From an uncultured Clostridia bacterium (GTDB lineage Bacteria; Bacillota; Clostridia; Christensenellales; DTU072), in NCBI GenBank assembly GCA_944372095.1, contig CALVYG010000001.1:26036-90035 (forward strand): a stretch of 64,000 nucleotides of DNA, written 5' to 3'. The notes beneath the pieces were generated by a model. That model ran no database searches. It was not told the DNA's origin and worked only from the letters and a program-made list of their open reading frames with translations. Made by a program: the position numbers and the translations under genes. Positions 30,830 through 41,244 of this stretch are shown one piece after another (position 1 is the first letter of the stretch; each line of letters begins with the position of its first letter).

Positions 30830-33189
30830 CGTTTTGCAAAAAGTTTTTCCAAAATTTTTACGTTGGTTTGAGCGTCTTTGGAATAAATTGCTCCTATTCC
30901 GTCCGCATACGTCTTAGTTACGACCGCACCGCCCACTATTACGGGAATCTTCGGATATCTCTCCTTTAACAGGCGTACGGTGTCCGTCATATTGTCTATC
31001 GTTGTGGTCATAAGCGCGCTGAGTCCGACCGCGTCGGGCAGGTATTTTTCCGCCGCTCTCAGTATTTCTTCGGGCGGCACGTCTTTTCCGAGGTCGATTA
31101 TTCTGTATCCGTAATTTGCAGTAACGGCTTTGACTATGTTTTTTCCTATATCGTGTACGTCCCCTTTTACCGTTGCAAGTATAACGGTTCCTTTATTGCT
31201 TTCCCCTTTTTCTCCTATATATTTTTCCTTTATATAATCCAGTGCCGCTTTCGCCGCTTCGCTCCCCGCTATGAGCTGCGGCAGGAACGCCTCGCCTTTT
31301 TCGTACATTGCCCCGAGTTCGTTCAGTCCTTTTATTATTCCGCTTTCTATTATTTCCGAATAGTTTTCTTCCGTTGCTTCTTCTTTTACCGCGCGCACGG
31401 CTTCCGACGTCTGCCCTTTCTTTATGCAATAACAAATATCGTGTTTCAAACTCTGCGTTTCGCGCTTTATTTCCTTTCCCGAGTTAAGCGCAATATATTC
31501 CCTGCACGCTTCGTCTTCCCCTTTAAGAAGTTTTACCGCCGCAGGGTCGTCTCCCTCTTTCAATACGGGATTTATTATAACCGCCGTAACTCCTTCTTCC
31601 GTAACCATTTTCAAAAACGCGGCGTTTATTTTTGCCCTGTCGGGCAACCCGAAACTTATATTCGATAACCCTAACGCCGTTTTTACGCCGAGTTCCGACC
31701 TCAGTCGTTTTATCGATTCGAGCACCTTTATACCGTTTGAAACATCGACGCTTACCGCCATCGTTAACGGGTCGAATATGAGTTTTTCTTTGCCCACTCC
31801 GTATTTCTCGGCAAGAGCTATGATTTTTTTTGCCGCGGCGATTCTGCCTTCCGTATCGCTCGGTATCCCCTTTTCGTCCATACATAACGCTATTATGTAC
31901 GAACCGTATTTTTTCGCTACGGGAAACACTTTTTCCGCCGATTTTTCGTCGGCGCTTACGGAGTTTATCACGCAGATTCCGTCGGTTACTCTCACCGCGC
32001 TTTCAAGCGCTTCCTTTTTCGACGTGTCGATAACGAGAGGCAAATCGGCAACGCCCTGAATATGCGCGACCGCGGATACCAGTTTTTCTCTTTCGTCAAT
32101 CCCGGTCATTCCGAGATTTATATCGAGCAAATCCGCTCCCTGCTCCGCCTGTTCCACGCACATCGATAAAATATAATCGTAATTATCGTCGATAATAGCT
32201 TGTTTCAGAAGCGGTTTATTTGTCGGATTTACTCTTTCTCCAATCACTATCGGTTGTTTTTCACCGAAATTAACCACCCTTGAATAAGAACACACGGCGT
32301 CGGTATAATTCTTGTTTTCAACCGCGGGAATATCCGCCGTCGCCCTAACCGTACAAGCTATATACTTTTCGTCCGTTCCGCAGCAACCGCCGAGAATTCC
32401 CGCCCCGGCAAAGGCAAGTTCTCTCATCTGCAATCCGAAAGTTTCAGCGTCCACGTCGTAAACCGTCCGTCCGTTTTCATATCTCGGCAACCCTGCATTC
32501 GGTTTTGCGAAAACCGGCACGCGGGCGTGCCTTACAAGCGAATCAACCGCCTTTTTCATACCTGCCGCACCCGTTCCGCAGTTAGCTCCGATTGCCGCCG
32601 CTCCCAGCGCCTGCGCGCATAAAGCGAAACTCTCTGCCGACACTCCCGCAAACGTTCTGCCCGTTTCTTCAAACGTCATACTGCATATTACGGGCAGATT
32701 CGTTATTTCTTTGAACGCAAGTATCGCCGCACGCATTTCCTGCAAATCCGAAACGGTCTCTATAACCACTCCGTCGGCTCCGCTGTCTTTTACAATCTCC
32801 GCCTGTTCGGCAAACAAGCAATACGCTTCTTCAAAACTCATCCGTCCGTACGGATATAACAGCTCGCCCGTAGGTCCGCAATCGTAAAGTACGTATCCGC
32901 CGTATTTTTCCGCCGATTCCTTTGCGTTTCTTATCCCCGCTTCAATCAGTTCTTTAAGCGTGTATTTCGTTAAATCCGCTTTTCTGCGGTTGCATCCGAA
33001 CGTATTAGTGTAAATCACGTCGCTGCCGGCGGCAAGATACTTTTCGTGAATTTCTCTTACCAATTCCGGACGCTCTATGTTGAGAACTTCCGCATGCAAT
33101 GTAGGCACTCCGTATTTTACAAGCTCGCTGCCAGTTCCTCCGTCCAGATATACTCTTCCTTTAATAAATTCGGTGAATTCCTTTTTCAT
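30826..33189 (-). CDS. metH: Cobalamin-dependent methionine synthase catalytic part (Hcy-, pterin- and B12-binding domains)
   Basis: LDGGTGS, GANC, GGCCGT, IGERVNPT, GDVHDIGKNIV, LSALMTTT; no C-terminal activation domain. Confidence 0.92.
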   Translation of the reverse strand: MKKEFTEFIKGRVYLDGGTGSELVKYGVPTLHAEVLNIERPELVREIHEKYLAAGSDVIYTNTFGCNRRKADLTKYTLKELIEAGIRNAKESAEKYGGYVLYDCGPTGELLYPYGRMSFEEAYCLFAEQAEIVKDSGADGVVIETVSDLQEMRAAILAFKEITNLPVICSMTFEETGRTFAGVSAESFALCAQALGAAAIGANCGTGAAGMKKAVDSLVRHARVPVFAKPNAGLPRYENGRTVYDVDAETFGLQMRELAFAGAGILGGCCGTDEKYIACTVRATADIPAVENKNYTDAVCSYSRVVNFGEKQPIVIGERVNPTNKPLLKQAIIDDNYDYILSMCVEQAEQGADLLDINLGMTGIDEREKLVSAVAHIQGVADLPLVIDTSKKEALESAVRVTDGICVINSVSADEKSAEKVFPVAKKYGSYIIALCMDEKGIPSDTEGRIAAAKKIIALAEKYGVGKEKLIFDPLTMAVSVDVSNGIKVLESIKRLRSELGVKTALGLSNISFGLPDRAKINAAFLKMVTEEGVTAVIINPVLKEGDDPAAVKLLKGEDEACREYIALNSGKEIKRETQSLKHDICYCIKKGQTSEAVRAVKEEATEENYSEIIESGIIKGLNELGAMYEKGEAFLPQLIAGSEAAKAALDYIKEKYIGEKGESNKGTVILATVKGDVHDIGKNIVKAVTANYGYRIIDLGKDVPPEEILRAAEKYLPDAVGLSALMTTTIDNMTDTVRLLKERYPKIPVIVGGAVVTKTYADGIGAIYSKDAQTNVKILEKLFAKR

Positions 33190-33728
33190 TTTACTCCGAT
33201 TAACGCTATTACGCTTTTATTTGGCGTAAGCATATAACATTCGTTGATTTTTACCCCTATCCTTGCCCCGTCCGTAACGTCGAACAATTTTTTCTGAACC
33301 GATATGTCCAAATCCCCGTAACCGCAACTTATTCTGCCTGTTATATTCCCGTATTTTTCCGATAACTCTTGTTCGGTTTTATCGAGAAATTCTTCGATTT
33401 TTGCAGTATACACGGCATCGAGAACCACGGCTTTCGCCGCATTTGTCGCAAAAACTTTCTTTAATAAAATCTCGCTTTTCAATCCGAGAGTCGCAATAAC
33501 GGAAATTATTTTTTTACACCCGTAAAAGTGATTTTCCGCCAGTTTTCCTTCAAGCACAATATCCGTTCCTTCGAGTTTTATGCCTCTTTCCTCTTTAACT
33601 GCGGTAAAACACGCGCTTATATAAGCAGGCACGATAACGGAAGCTTCTTTTTCCGCTTCTTCGATATATTTTGCCGTTATTTCGTCAACTTCCTTAATAC
33701 CGAGATATCTTGCCGCTTCTTTCGTCAA
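33186..33728 (-). CDS. Stand-alone methionine synthase reactivation domain
   Basis: RISCGYGD and MLTPNKSVIALIG; lies between metF and metH. Confidence 0.82.
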   Translation of the reverse strand: MTKEAARYLGIKEVDEITAKYIEEAEKEASVIVPAYISACFTAVKEERGIKLEGTDIVLEGKLAENHFYGCKKIISVIATLGLKSEILLKKVFATNAAKAVVLDAVYTAKIEEFLDKTEQELSEKYGNITGRISCGYGDLDISVQKKLFDVTDGARIGVKINECYMLTPNKSVIALIGVK

Positions 33729-33758
33729 TTTCCGTTCCCTTGCCTTTAAGGTAAATTT

Positions 33759-34586
33759 TTACAACAAATCACTTATCCCGCCGAAAATTTCCCTCGTAAC
33801 GTCGGCTCTGCACATCGTGTAAAGATGAATGTGTCCGCACCCTTCCTTTACAAGGTTCCTTATCTGATTAACGGCATATTCTTCCCCCGCTTTTCTCATA
33901 TCGGCGGGATTGTTTCCGTACCGTGAAAGAATATTCTTCATTTCGTCGGTAAGTCCTGCGCCGCTTAACGTAATCATACGGTAAACCGAATTAAGCGACA
34001 AAACGGGCATTATTCCCGCGCAGAATTCCGCGTCCGAACAGATTTTTACTCCTTTGTCACGCATTCTCAGAAAATCGGCGTTGTCAAGAAACAACTGGCT
34101 TACGAAACTCCTCACTCCGAGGTCGTATTTAAGTTTAATCACGCTTAAATCGTCATAAAAACTTCCGCTTTCGACGTGCCCTTCGGGGTAACATGCCGCC
34201 ATCACGTTAAACCCTCCGACGGCGTTTACGGCCTTTATAAGGTCGGTTGCGTGCCGATACTCTCCGAGAGGTTTTTCAGGCGTAACGTCGCCTCTTAACG
34301 CAAGTATGGTGTCTACTTTTAATTCTTTAAGTAACCCTAACTCAGCTTTTATACTCTCGCTCGTCGCACCTGTACAGGTAAGATGCGACACGGCTGGAAT
34401 TTTATAATTATCGTATATGTATCCGCAAACTTCTCCGGTAAGCCCTTTCTTTGCGTTGCCCGCACTGTACGTTACGCTTATAAAACAAGGGTTCATCCCG
34501 GACAGTTCGTCAAGACACCCGTATATTTTCTTTATTCCGTCGCTTGTCTTCGGCGGAAACACCTCAAAGCTGAGTTCGGTTTTCAT
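33759..34586 (-). CDS. metF: Methylenetetrahydrofolate reductase
   Basis: SFEVFPPK, ISVTY, HLTC, LALRGD, YPEGH, HLYTM. Confidence 0.94.
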   Translation of the reverse strand: MKTELSFEVFPPKTSDGIKKIYGCLDELSGMNPCFISVTYSAGNAKKGLTGEVCGYIYDNYKIPAVSHLTCTGATSESIKAELGLLKELKVDTILALRGDVTPEKPLGEYRHATDLIKAVNAVGGFNVMAACYPEGHVESGSFYDDLSVIKLKYDLGVRSFVSQLFLDNADFLRMRDKGVKICSDAEFCAGIMPVLSLNSVYRMITLSGAGLTDEMKNILSRYGNNPADMRKAGEEYAVNQIRNLVKEGCGHIHLYTMCRADVTREIFGGISDLL

Positions 34587-35317
34587 TTATTTTCTCCTTT
34601 CCGTAAGGTCAAATCAAGTATTACTTCCCCTGCCGCAATCAAACCCGCTACTCCCGTCACATACGCGAGACTTCCGATTTTTTTTGCGTATTTTTCTTCT
34701 CCGTTTTCACTTTCTTCCGTTCTTACGGCAACGTACGGCGCTTCGTCGCTCCATACGGTTTTCAGTTTCTTCACCCCGCGTTCTTTAAGTTTTTTCCTCA
34801 TTACCCGCGCGAGCGGACACACGCTTGTGGAATATATATCTCCCACTCTGAAACGCGTTGCGTCGAGTTTGTTCCCCGCAGACAGACAGCTTATTATCGG
34901 AATTCCTTCTTTTTCCGCTTTCTCCGCAAGATAAATTTTCGAAGAAACGCTGTCTATCGCGTCCACTATATAATCATATTTTTTTATGTCTATTTTTGAA
35001 TTTTCGTCAAAATATTCGTCGTAGGTTTCAATTTCGATTTTCGGATTAACCGAAAGAAATCTTTCTTTTGCCGCAAGCGTTTTTTTCATCGAAACCGTAT
35101 TTTCCGTCGCAATAAGCTGTCTGTTGATATTGCTCGGAACAACCGTATCGGAATCGACAAGAGCAATTCTGCCTATGCCCGTTCTTACCAATGCTTCCGC
35201 GGTATAACTTCCTACTCCGCCCAACCCGAAAACTATAACGGACGAGCGCGAAAGAAGTTCCGTCTGTTCTTTCCCCAATATCATTTCGGTTCTCGAAAAT
35301 ATGCCGTCTTTATCCAA
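34583..35317 (-). CDS. tcdA: ThiF-family tRNA threonylcarbamoyladenosine dehydratase
   Basis: GLGGVGS, SNINRQ, DAID, CPLARVMR; TTG start with SD. Confidence 0.88.
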   Translation of the reverse strand: MDKDGIFSRTEMILGKEQTELLSRSSVIVFGLGGVGSYTAEALVRTGIGRIALVDSDTVVPSNINRQLIATENTVSMKKTLAAKERFLSVNPKIEIETYDEYFDENSKIDIKKYDYIVDAIDSVSSKIYLAEKAEKEGIPIISCLSAGNKLDATRFRVGDIYSTSVCPLARVMRKKLKERGVKKLKTVWSDEAPYVAVRTEESENGEEKYAKKIGSLAYVTGVAGLIAAGEVILDLTLRKGENK

Positions 35318-35332
35318 ACTTTCTCCCTTAAT

Positions 35333-35911
35333 TTATCCGTTGCTTTTGAATAATACGCTTAAATCAATCGGATTATTGGAATACATAAGATAGAAAAAGC
35401 TGTTTCCGCTTTCTTCCATTTCTTTAAGCACGGTGCCGACCGATTCCACGTCGGTAAGAAGCGCCATTACCGCCATTACGAGATATACCGTCAAAACGAA
35501 TGCCGCGCCTAAAAGCAACATTCCCAATACGCGGTTTACGGCGTTCCTTACGCCGTAAAGTTTAGAATCCTTGTCTTTCGGCGTAAAAATTCTTCCTATG
35601 AGCTTGACTATGATTATTCTTACAATTTGTACTACCAAAAAAAGCACAACATAATATATCCACGTCGCCACGTTCAGTTTTGCCAGAATTTCCGCAATAG
35701 AACCGAAATACGCGTTACCTTTGTCGATAAGTTCGGCTACAAAATCGATATTCGCTATTATTCCGCCGAACATCACGCAGAAGATTATCGAACACACGAA
35801 CCCGACGATACCGCCCGTAACGAATTTAAGCGTCCTTCCGAATCCCAATAAAAATCCCAACAGAAGGCTTACCGCAAATCCGACTATTATTACTATACTG
35901 TATATATCCAT
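35333..35911 (-). CDS. CvpA-like membrane protein
   Basis: Four TM, LGFLLGF start, NRVLGMLLG pattern. Confidence 0.55.
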   Translation of the reverse strand: MDIYSIVIIVGFAVSLLLGFLLGFGRTLKFVTGGIVGFVCSIIFCVMFGGIIANIDFVAELIDKGNAYFGSIAEILAKLNVATWIYYVVLFLVVQIVRIIIVKLIGRIFTPKDKDSKLYGVRNAVNRVLGMLLLGAAFVLTVYLVMAVMALLTDVESVGTVLKEMEESGNSFFYLMYSNNPIDLSVLFKSNG

Positions 35912-36150
35912 AACTCCCTTACAATCCTTATATCCTATGCAGAATTTTGCACCTCGGTTTTGATTTTAACACATTATTTCCTTTTTAACAAGCATTTATA
36001 GGTTTATATACTTCTTGCCGTATTTCTCTCCCTGTTTTTCAATATTCGTTTTTCGTTTATAGCGGAAAATAATGTTCAGGCTATTTACTTTTCGGGTCGG
36101 ATATAGTATTATGTTTATTAAAGTAATCTTAAATATATCAAGGAGAAAGT

Positions 36151-36900
36151 ATGGTTGAAAGCTATCCGATTATCTATATTATCGGTGCGGTAATTGCCGC
36201 AATCATCATTGCTATGAGCGTGTTTTTCATAATCAAAAGCGTAAAACGCGCGAAAAAAATCGGCATGGATATGTCAAAAATTAAAAAAACGGTCGTTTCA
36301 AGCGCGGTTTTTTCGATTGTTCCCAGTATTCCGATAGTAATAGGTGTCGGGATTATGATGTCGAGTCTGGGACTCGCCATACCGTGGATTCGTCTTACCG
36401 TCATCGGCGCGCTTCAATACGAACTTATAGCGTATAATACCGCAAACGAGGCTCTTATAGGAACCGGAGCAAGCACGGAAGTTATCGTCGCTACCGCCGT
36501 TACCGTTATGACTCTGTCCATTTTATCGGGCCCGCTCTTTAACGCTATCGTTTATAAAAAATATCAAGGCAAACTTGCCGATTTGCAGAAGAAAAACGGT
36601 AAACTTATGAACACCGTTACCGGAGCGTTGCTCGGCGGACTCCTTGCCGGTATGCTCAGCGCGTTGCTCGTAGGCGGTATTTTCTCCGTCGGCTCTCCCT
36701 CAACGGAGGAAGCTACCGGAATAAAAACTTACGGCGAAATTACGCTTATAACTCTTGCCGCAAGCCTTGTCATTATGGGCATTTGCGGCGCAATCATTAA
36801 ACTCGGTAAACAAAAATGGCTGGAAAATTACGCTCTGCCGATTACCATTCTCGGCGCTCTCGCCATTGCTTACGGGTTTACTTTCGTTTTTAATTTCTAA
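36151..36900 (+). CDS. Multi-pass membrane protein (DUF5058-like)
   Basis: KRAKKIGM...SAVFSIVPS...PWIRLTVIGALQYE; ~7 TM. Confidence 0.75.
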   Translation: MVESYPIIYIIGAVIAAIIIAMSVFFIIKSVKRAKKIGMDMSKIKKTVVSSAVFSIVPSIPIVIGVGIMMSSLGLAIPWIRLTVIGALQYELIAYNTANEALIGTGASTEVIVATAVTVMTLSILSGPLFNAIVYKKYQGKLADLQKKNGKLMNTVTGALLGGLLAGMLSALLVGGIFSVGSPSTEEATGIKTYGEITLITLAASLVIMGICGAIIKLGKQKWLENYALPITILGALAIAYGFTFVFNF

Positions 36901-36912
36901 GGAGGCGCGGTA

Positions 36913-37617
36913 ATGAAAAAATCAGATAAAGTCAAAGAAACTCCCGTACTTACCGAAAGAGACATTTATAACAATCAGATGCACAATTACGGACGATTGT
37001 TCACCTGGATTTCTCTCGGTCTTATATGCCTCGTTCCCGTGCTTTACTGCGTCGCGGCAGGTACTCTCCCCGATTGGGAAGCTTTGGGTAAATGCGTTCC
37101 CTTCCTTCTAGGTTACGTCGCAATCGGTCTTATAGAAGCGGTAAGCTATGCGCCGCTCCTCGGCACCGGCGGGCAATATATGTCATTTATTACAGGAAAC
37201 GTAAGCAATCTTAAACTCCCCTGCGCGCTCAACGCACAAAATATTACGGGAGTCGAAAAAGGCAGCGAAGAACAGGAAATAGTCACTACGATTTCCATCG
37301 CCGTAAGCAGTATCGTAACTACGTTGGTTATAATTATCGGGCTTATTCCCCTTCTCATTTTCCAGGAACAGATTGTGGAAGTGCTTAAACCCGTTTCTCC
37401 TTACGTTATTCCCGCTATTTTCGGCGGACTTACGCTTGTACTGATTGCTCAGTACTTCAAAATAGCAATCATTCCGTTCGTAGCCTGTATCCTTATCTGC
37501 GTCGTCGGAAACCTTATAGGATACGGCGACGCGCTTTCACAATCGACTATGGTTATCGTAGGTATGGCCGTAAGCGGTATCAGTACCACTGTCCTTTATA
37601 AACTGAAAAAGATATAA
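36913..37617 (+). CDS. Membrane protein, probable partner of the upstream gene
   Basis: EAVSYAPLLG...YMSFITGNVSNLKLPC, PAIFGG; co-oriented, 12-nt gap. Confidence 0.75.
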   Translation: MKKSDKVKETPVLTERDIYNNQMHNYGRLFTWISLGLICLVPVLYCVAAGTLPDWEALGKCVPFLLGYVAIGLIEAVSYAPLLGTGGQYMSFITGNVSNLKLPCALNAQNITGVEKGSEEQEIVTTISIAVSSIVTTLVIIIGLIPLLIFQEQIVEVLKPVSPYVIPAIFGGLTLVLIAQYFKIAIIPFVACILICVVGNLIGYGDALSQSTMVIVGMAVSGISTTVLYKLKKI

Positions 37618-37684
37618 ATTCACGTAAAAACAGCGTTTTTTGCACCGTTTCCTGTTTTTGCTATAAGTTTAATGAGAAATTCTC

Positions 37685-37713
37685 TTGCAAAAAACGCGCG
37701 CGCGTAATATAAT
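37685..37713 (+). promoter_or_regulatory. Sigma-A promoter for the membrane protein-cysE-cysS-cysK unit
   Basis: TTGCAA-17 nt-TATAAT. Confidence 0.75.
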
Positions 37714-37786
37714 TGTTTTGTATAAGTATAATTACCGAATACAAAACCCCGCGCTCTGTGCGCAAACCAAACTCCGGGAGGAAGTA

Positions 37787-39127
37787 ATGGCGGTAAAAGT
37801 AAGTAACGTCAATAATTCGCGTAAATCGCGCTTATGGAGCGAGCAGGACGACGCCCAACTCGCCATATTGCTTAAACGCAAAATCAAAGACACTGCCGTG
37901 GCAATCCGCGAAAGCGAAACGCCTTACGAGCGGTCGAGACTCAAAGCGCAACGCGCCCGCTATAAAGAAATGCTTTATAAAGTCGAATCGGGTTCGTATA
38001 ACGGCGATATAATCTTTAACGAACTCCGCGCTTCCGCCGCTTTAAGACAGGAATCTCAGTTTGCTTCGGGATTGCATTCTTCAATGGCAGGCGGAAAAGC
38101 TTACACTAACGCTTACGGCAACGTCGATTTCGATTATGAAGCGGCTTTCCGTAAAAAACGTTATTACGGAGCGGCTCTGCCTATCCTGATGACTATATTC
38201 ACGATTATAATGATTGCTTCCGTAATTATCGGCGCTTTCAGTCCTTCGCTTATCGACGCAAAAACGACCGATACCGTTACCGCTTCAACCGGCGGTATGC
38301 TCAACATCAACGCTATGTTCGTTTACCGTCTCGGTGAGTACGAGGGAGAAACTTTCGATATTCCCGTACGTGCGGACGATAACGGAAAATGGTGGTGGCC
38401 CGAAGGTAACTATTCGGACGGACAACCTGCTCAGGGTGAACCTTATACCGATAAAAACGGCGTCGTTCACGACAACGACGGCGAAGTCGTTTATCTCTTT
38501 GCCGACCTCGGTTGTACGGAAATTTATATAGACGCCATCGACGTAATTAAAGCCTGGTTCAGAACGAAAATGCTCGAAAAAACGCGTATCGACGTTCTCG
38601 AAGACCTTGAAATCTTCCAGGGCGACAGTTACTATTACGCGCTTTTCCTGAGCGGCACGAAAGCCGACGAACTTATTATTCAGAAAAACAGCGAAGGTAA
38701 TTATGACTTCGGTATAATCTATAACCATATCGGCGTTTACGGAACGATAATGTTCCTGCTCGTGACAATCATCCTCATGGTGATAATGCTGATACAGAAT
38801 ATCGTGCGGATTTTTACCTATACTTCGCGCAGAATTCATATAACGACATTGCTCTGTCTTATATTCAGCGGATTGCTTTTAATAAGCCCCGCTCTCGCTT
38901 CCTGCGAAGGTACGGACATAGGTACGTCGCTTACGAATTATTTTATGAAACTCTTGAATTCCGCGGGATTTTCTGAAAGCACCGAAACTTCGGTCGGCGT
39001 TTCCGTTATGGCGATTATTCCGCCCGTAGTGTGTCTTATCCTTCTCATCTTACCTAAATTGTTCAAGAACAGACACAAGGAATTCCCGTCGCGTATTCCC
39101 AAGGGCAACGCAAAAATTCATATGTAG
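37787..39127 (+). CDS. Hypothetical four-TM protein with helical N-terminus and large loop
   Basis: SD GGGAGG before ATG 37787 (MAVKVS); KKR-TM1, large loop, three C-terminal TMs. Confidence 0.8.
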   Translation: MAVKVSNVNNSRKSRLWSEQDDAQLAILLKRKIKDTAVAIRESETPYERSRLKAQRARYKEMLYKVESGSYNGDIIFNELRASAALRQESQFASGLHSSMAGGKAYTNAYGNVDFDYEAAFRKKRYYGAALPILMTIFTIIMIASVIIGAFSPSLIDAKTTDTVTASTGGMLNINAMFVYRLGEYEGETFDIPVRADDNGKWWWPEGNYSDGQPAQGEPYTDKNGVVHDNDGEVVYLFADLGCTEIYIDAIDVIKAWFRTKMLEKTRIDVLEDLEIFQGDSYYYALFLSGTKADELIIQKNSEGNYDFGIIYNHIGVYGTIMFLLVTIILMVIMLIQNIVRIFTYTSRRIHITTLLCLIFSGLLLISPALASCEGTDIGTSLTNYFMKLLNSAGFSESTETSVGVSVMAIIPPVVCLILLILPKLFKNRHKEFPSRIPKGNAKIHM

Positions 39128-39140
39128 ATATTAAGGATAT

Positions 39141-39818
39141 ATGTTCGACAACATCAAAGCGGATTTGGCGGCGGCTCTCGAAAAAGACCCGGCCGCCAAA
39201 AGTAAATTTGAAATTTTTCTGACTTACGGCGGTTTTCGCGCCTTATGCGCTTATCGGAGAGCACATTGGTTTTATACCCGCGGGTTACACACCATAGCTT
39301 TTTTAATCTCCGCTCACGCAAGAAAAAACTACGGTATAGAAATTCATCCCGCCGCAAAAATCGGTAAAGGAATTTTTATCGACCACGGCGTGGGGCTTAT
39401 TATCGGCGAAACAACGGAAATCGGAGACAACGTTACCATTTACCAGGGAGTTACGCTCGGCGGAACGGGTAAAGAAACGGGTAAACGCCATCCGACCATT
39501 GAAAACAACGTTATGGTCTGCGCCGGCGCAAAGGTTTTAGGTCCCGTCCGAATAGGAGAATACTCCAAAATAGGCGCAGGCAGCGTCGTCCTTAAAGACG
39601 TTCCGCCTCACTGTACCGTTGTCGGCGTTCCCGGAAGAATCGTCCGTATGCACGGCGAAAAGTACCGCGATATGGACCAGAAACTCCCCGACCCGGTTCT
39701 CGAAGAATTCAGCAGAATAAATAAACGTCTGCAAAAAATTGAAGAAAATCTCAATATTACCTCCTGCCGCTTTTCGATTGCACAGCAAATCGACGAACCG
39801 ACAGACGACGGAGAATAA
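39141..39818 (+). CDS. cysE: Serine O-acetyltransferase
   Basis: DPAA, IEIHPAA, FIDHG, GVTLGGTG...RHP. Confidence 0.96.
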   Translation: MFDNIKADLAAALEKDPAAKSKFEIFLTYGGFRALCAYRRAHWFYTRGLHTIAFLISAHARKNYGIEIHPAAKIGKGIFIDHGVGLIIGETTEIGDNVTIYQGVTLGGTGKETGKRHPTIENNVMVCAGAKVLGPVRIGEYSKIGAGSVVLKDVPPHCTVVGVPGRIVRMHGEKYRDMDQKLPDPVLEEFSRINKRLQKIEENLNITSCRFSIAQQIDEPTDDGE

Positions 39819-39820
39819 TT

Positions 39821-41221
39821 ATGCTTAAAGTTTATAATACCCTGACAAGAAAAAAAGAAGATTTTATACCAATTCACGATAAAAGCGTATATATGTATTC
39901 GTGCGGACCTACGGTGTACAGCTACGCGCATATAGGAAACCTGCGTACTTACATATTTATGGACTTATTGCGCCGCGTAATGAAATACGACGGATACAAA
40001 TTGAAAGGCGTAATGAACATAACCGACGTAGGACATCTTCTGGACGACGCCGACGACGGTGAGGACAAGTTACAAAAAGCCGCGCGCGAACAGAAAAAAT
40101 CTCCCTGGGAAATAGCGGAATTTTACACCGACGTCTTTTTCCGCGACCTTGCCGCGCTTAATATTAACAAACCTGAAATTATCGCAAAAGCCACCGACCA
40201 TATTCAGGAAATGATACAATTCGTTGAAAAATTAGAAGAAAAAGGCTATGCGTACGAAATAAGCGACGGAGTATATTTCGACATATCGAAATTTCCTTCT
40301 TACGGAAAACTCTCGGGACAAACAGTAGACGAAAAAGAAGCAGGCGCAAGAATAGAAGAAAACAGTGAAAAAAGACATCCGGCAGATTTCGCTTTATGGA
40401 AAAAAGCCGACAAGAACCACATAATGCAATGGCCGAGTCCGTGGGGACAGGGATATCCCGGCTGGCATATTGAATGCAGCGCGATGAGCAGAAAATATTT
40501 AGGCGAAGTTTTCGATTTACATACCGGAGGCATAGACGCCGTTCCCGTACACCACGAAAACGAAATTGCGCAAAACGAAGCTCTTGCGGGAAAACAAACG
40601 GTAAATTATTGGATGCACGGCGAATTCATGATGGTTGACGGAGGCAAAATGAGTAAGAGTCTCGGTAACGTTTATACCATTGCTCAGCTCGAAGAAAAAG
40701 GATACTCTCCCCTCGATTTCAGATTCTTCTGTCTGAACGCTCATTACCGTAAAAAGCTCAACTTCACCTTTGACGGCCTTACCGCCGCTAAGACCTCCCG
40801 CGAAAGAATATCGGCGTCTTTATATTCTCATAAATCTTCCGACGCGGCAACGGATAAAGCCGTTCTTGAAAATTACAAAAATCAGTTTACCGAAGCCATC
40901 AACGACGATATAAACATTCCTCTCGCTCTGGGGATACTTTTCAATATGCTTAAAGAACCTAAAAGCAAGGATATTTATGCTCTCGCTTTGGATTTCGATA
41001 AAGTTTTCGGACTGAGTTTCGATAAAATTTCCGCTCCCGAAACAAAAATCGGACAGGAAAACGATTACCCTCAGGAAATAGCCGAACTTATTGAAAAACG
41101 CAAACAGGCGAAAAAAGACAAGAACTTTGCGCTTGCCGACGAAATCCGTTCGGAAATAGCCAGACTCGGATATTCCGTTCTCGACACCCGCGAAGGCGTT
41201 AAAGTCACAAAAATACAATAA
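39821..41221 (+). CDS. cysS: Cysteine-tRNA ligase
   Basis: CGPTVY, HIGN, PGWHIECS, KMSKS. Confidence 0.97.
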   Translation: MLKVYNTLTRKKEDFIPIHDKSVYMYSCGPTVYSYAHIGNLRTYIFMDLLRRVMKYDGYKLKGVMNITDVGHLLDDADDGEDKLQKAAREQKKSPWEIAEFYTDVFFRDLAALNINKPEIIAKATDHIQEMIQFVEKLEEKGYAYEISDGVYFDISKFPSYGKLSGQTVDEKEAGARIEENSEKRHPADFALWKKADKNHIMQWPSPWGQGYPGWHIECSAMSRKYLGEVFDLHTGGIDAVPVHHENEIAQNEALAGKQTVNYWMHGEFMMVDGGKMSKSLGNVYTIAQLEEKGYSPLDFRFFCLNAHYRKKLNFTFDGLTAAKTSRERISASLYSHKSSDAATDKAVLENYKNQFTEAINDDINIPLALGILFNMLKEPKSKDIYALALDFDKVFGLSFDKISAPETKIGQENDYPQEIAELIEKRKQAKKDKNFALADEIRSEIARLGYSVLDTREGVKVTKIQ

Positions 41222-41244
41222 CTTATTGGCGCTTAAAATTAACT

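Noticed and set aside
30683-30871. 62-aa plus-strand ORF
   Set aside because: Antisense to the leader peptide; its YD repeats mirror the Val codons.
30826-33728. Split methionine synthase as a novelty
   Set aside because: A separate reactivation subunit is well known in Clostridia and Thermotoga.
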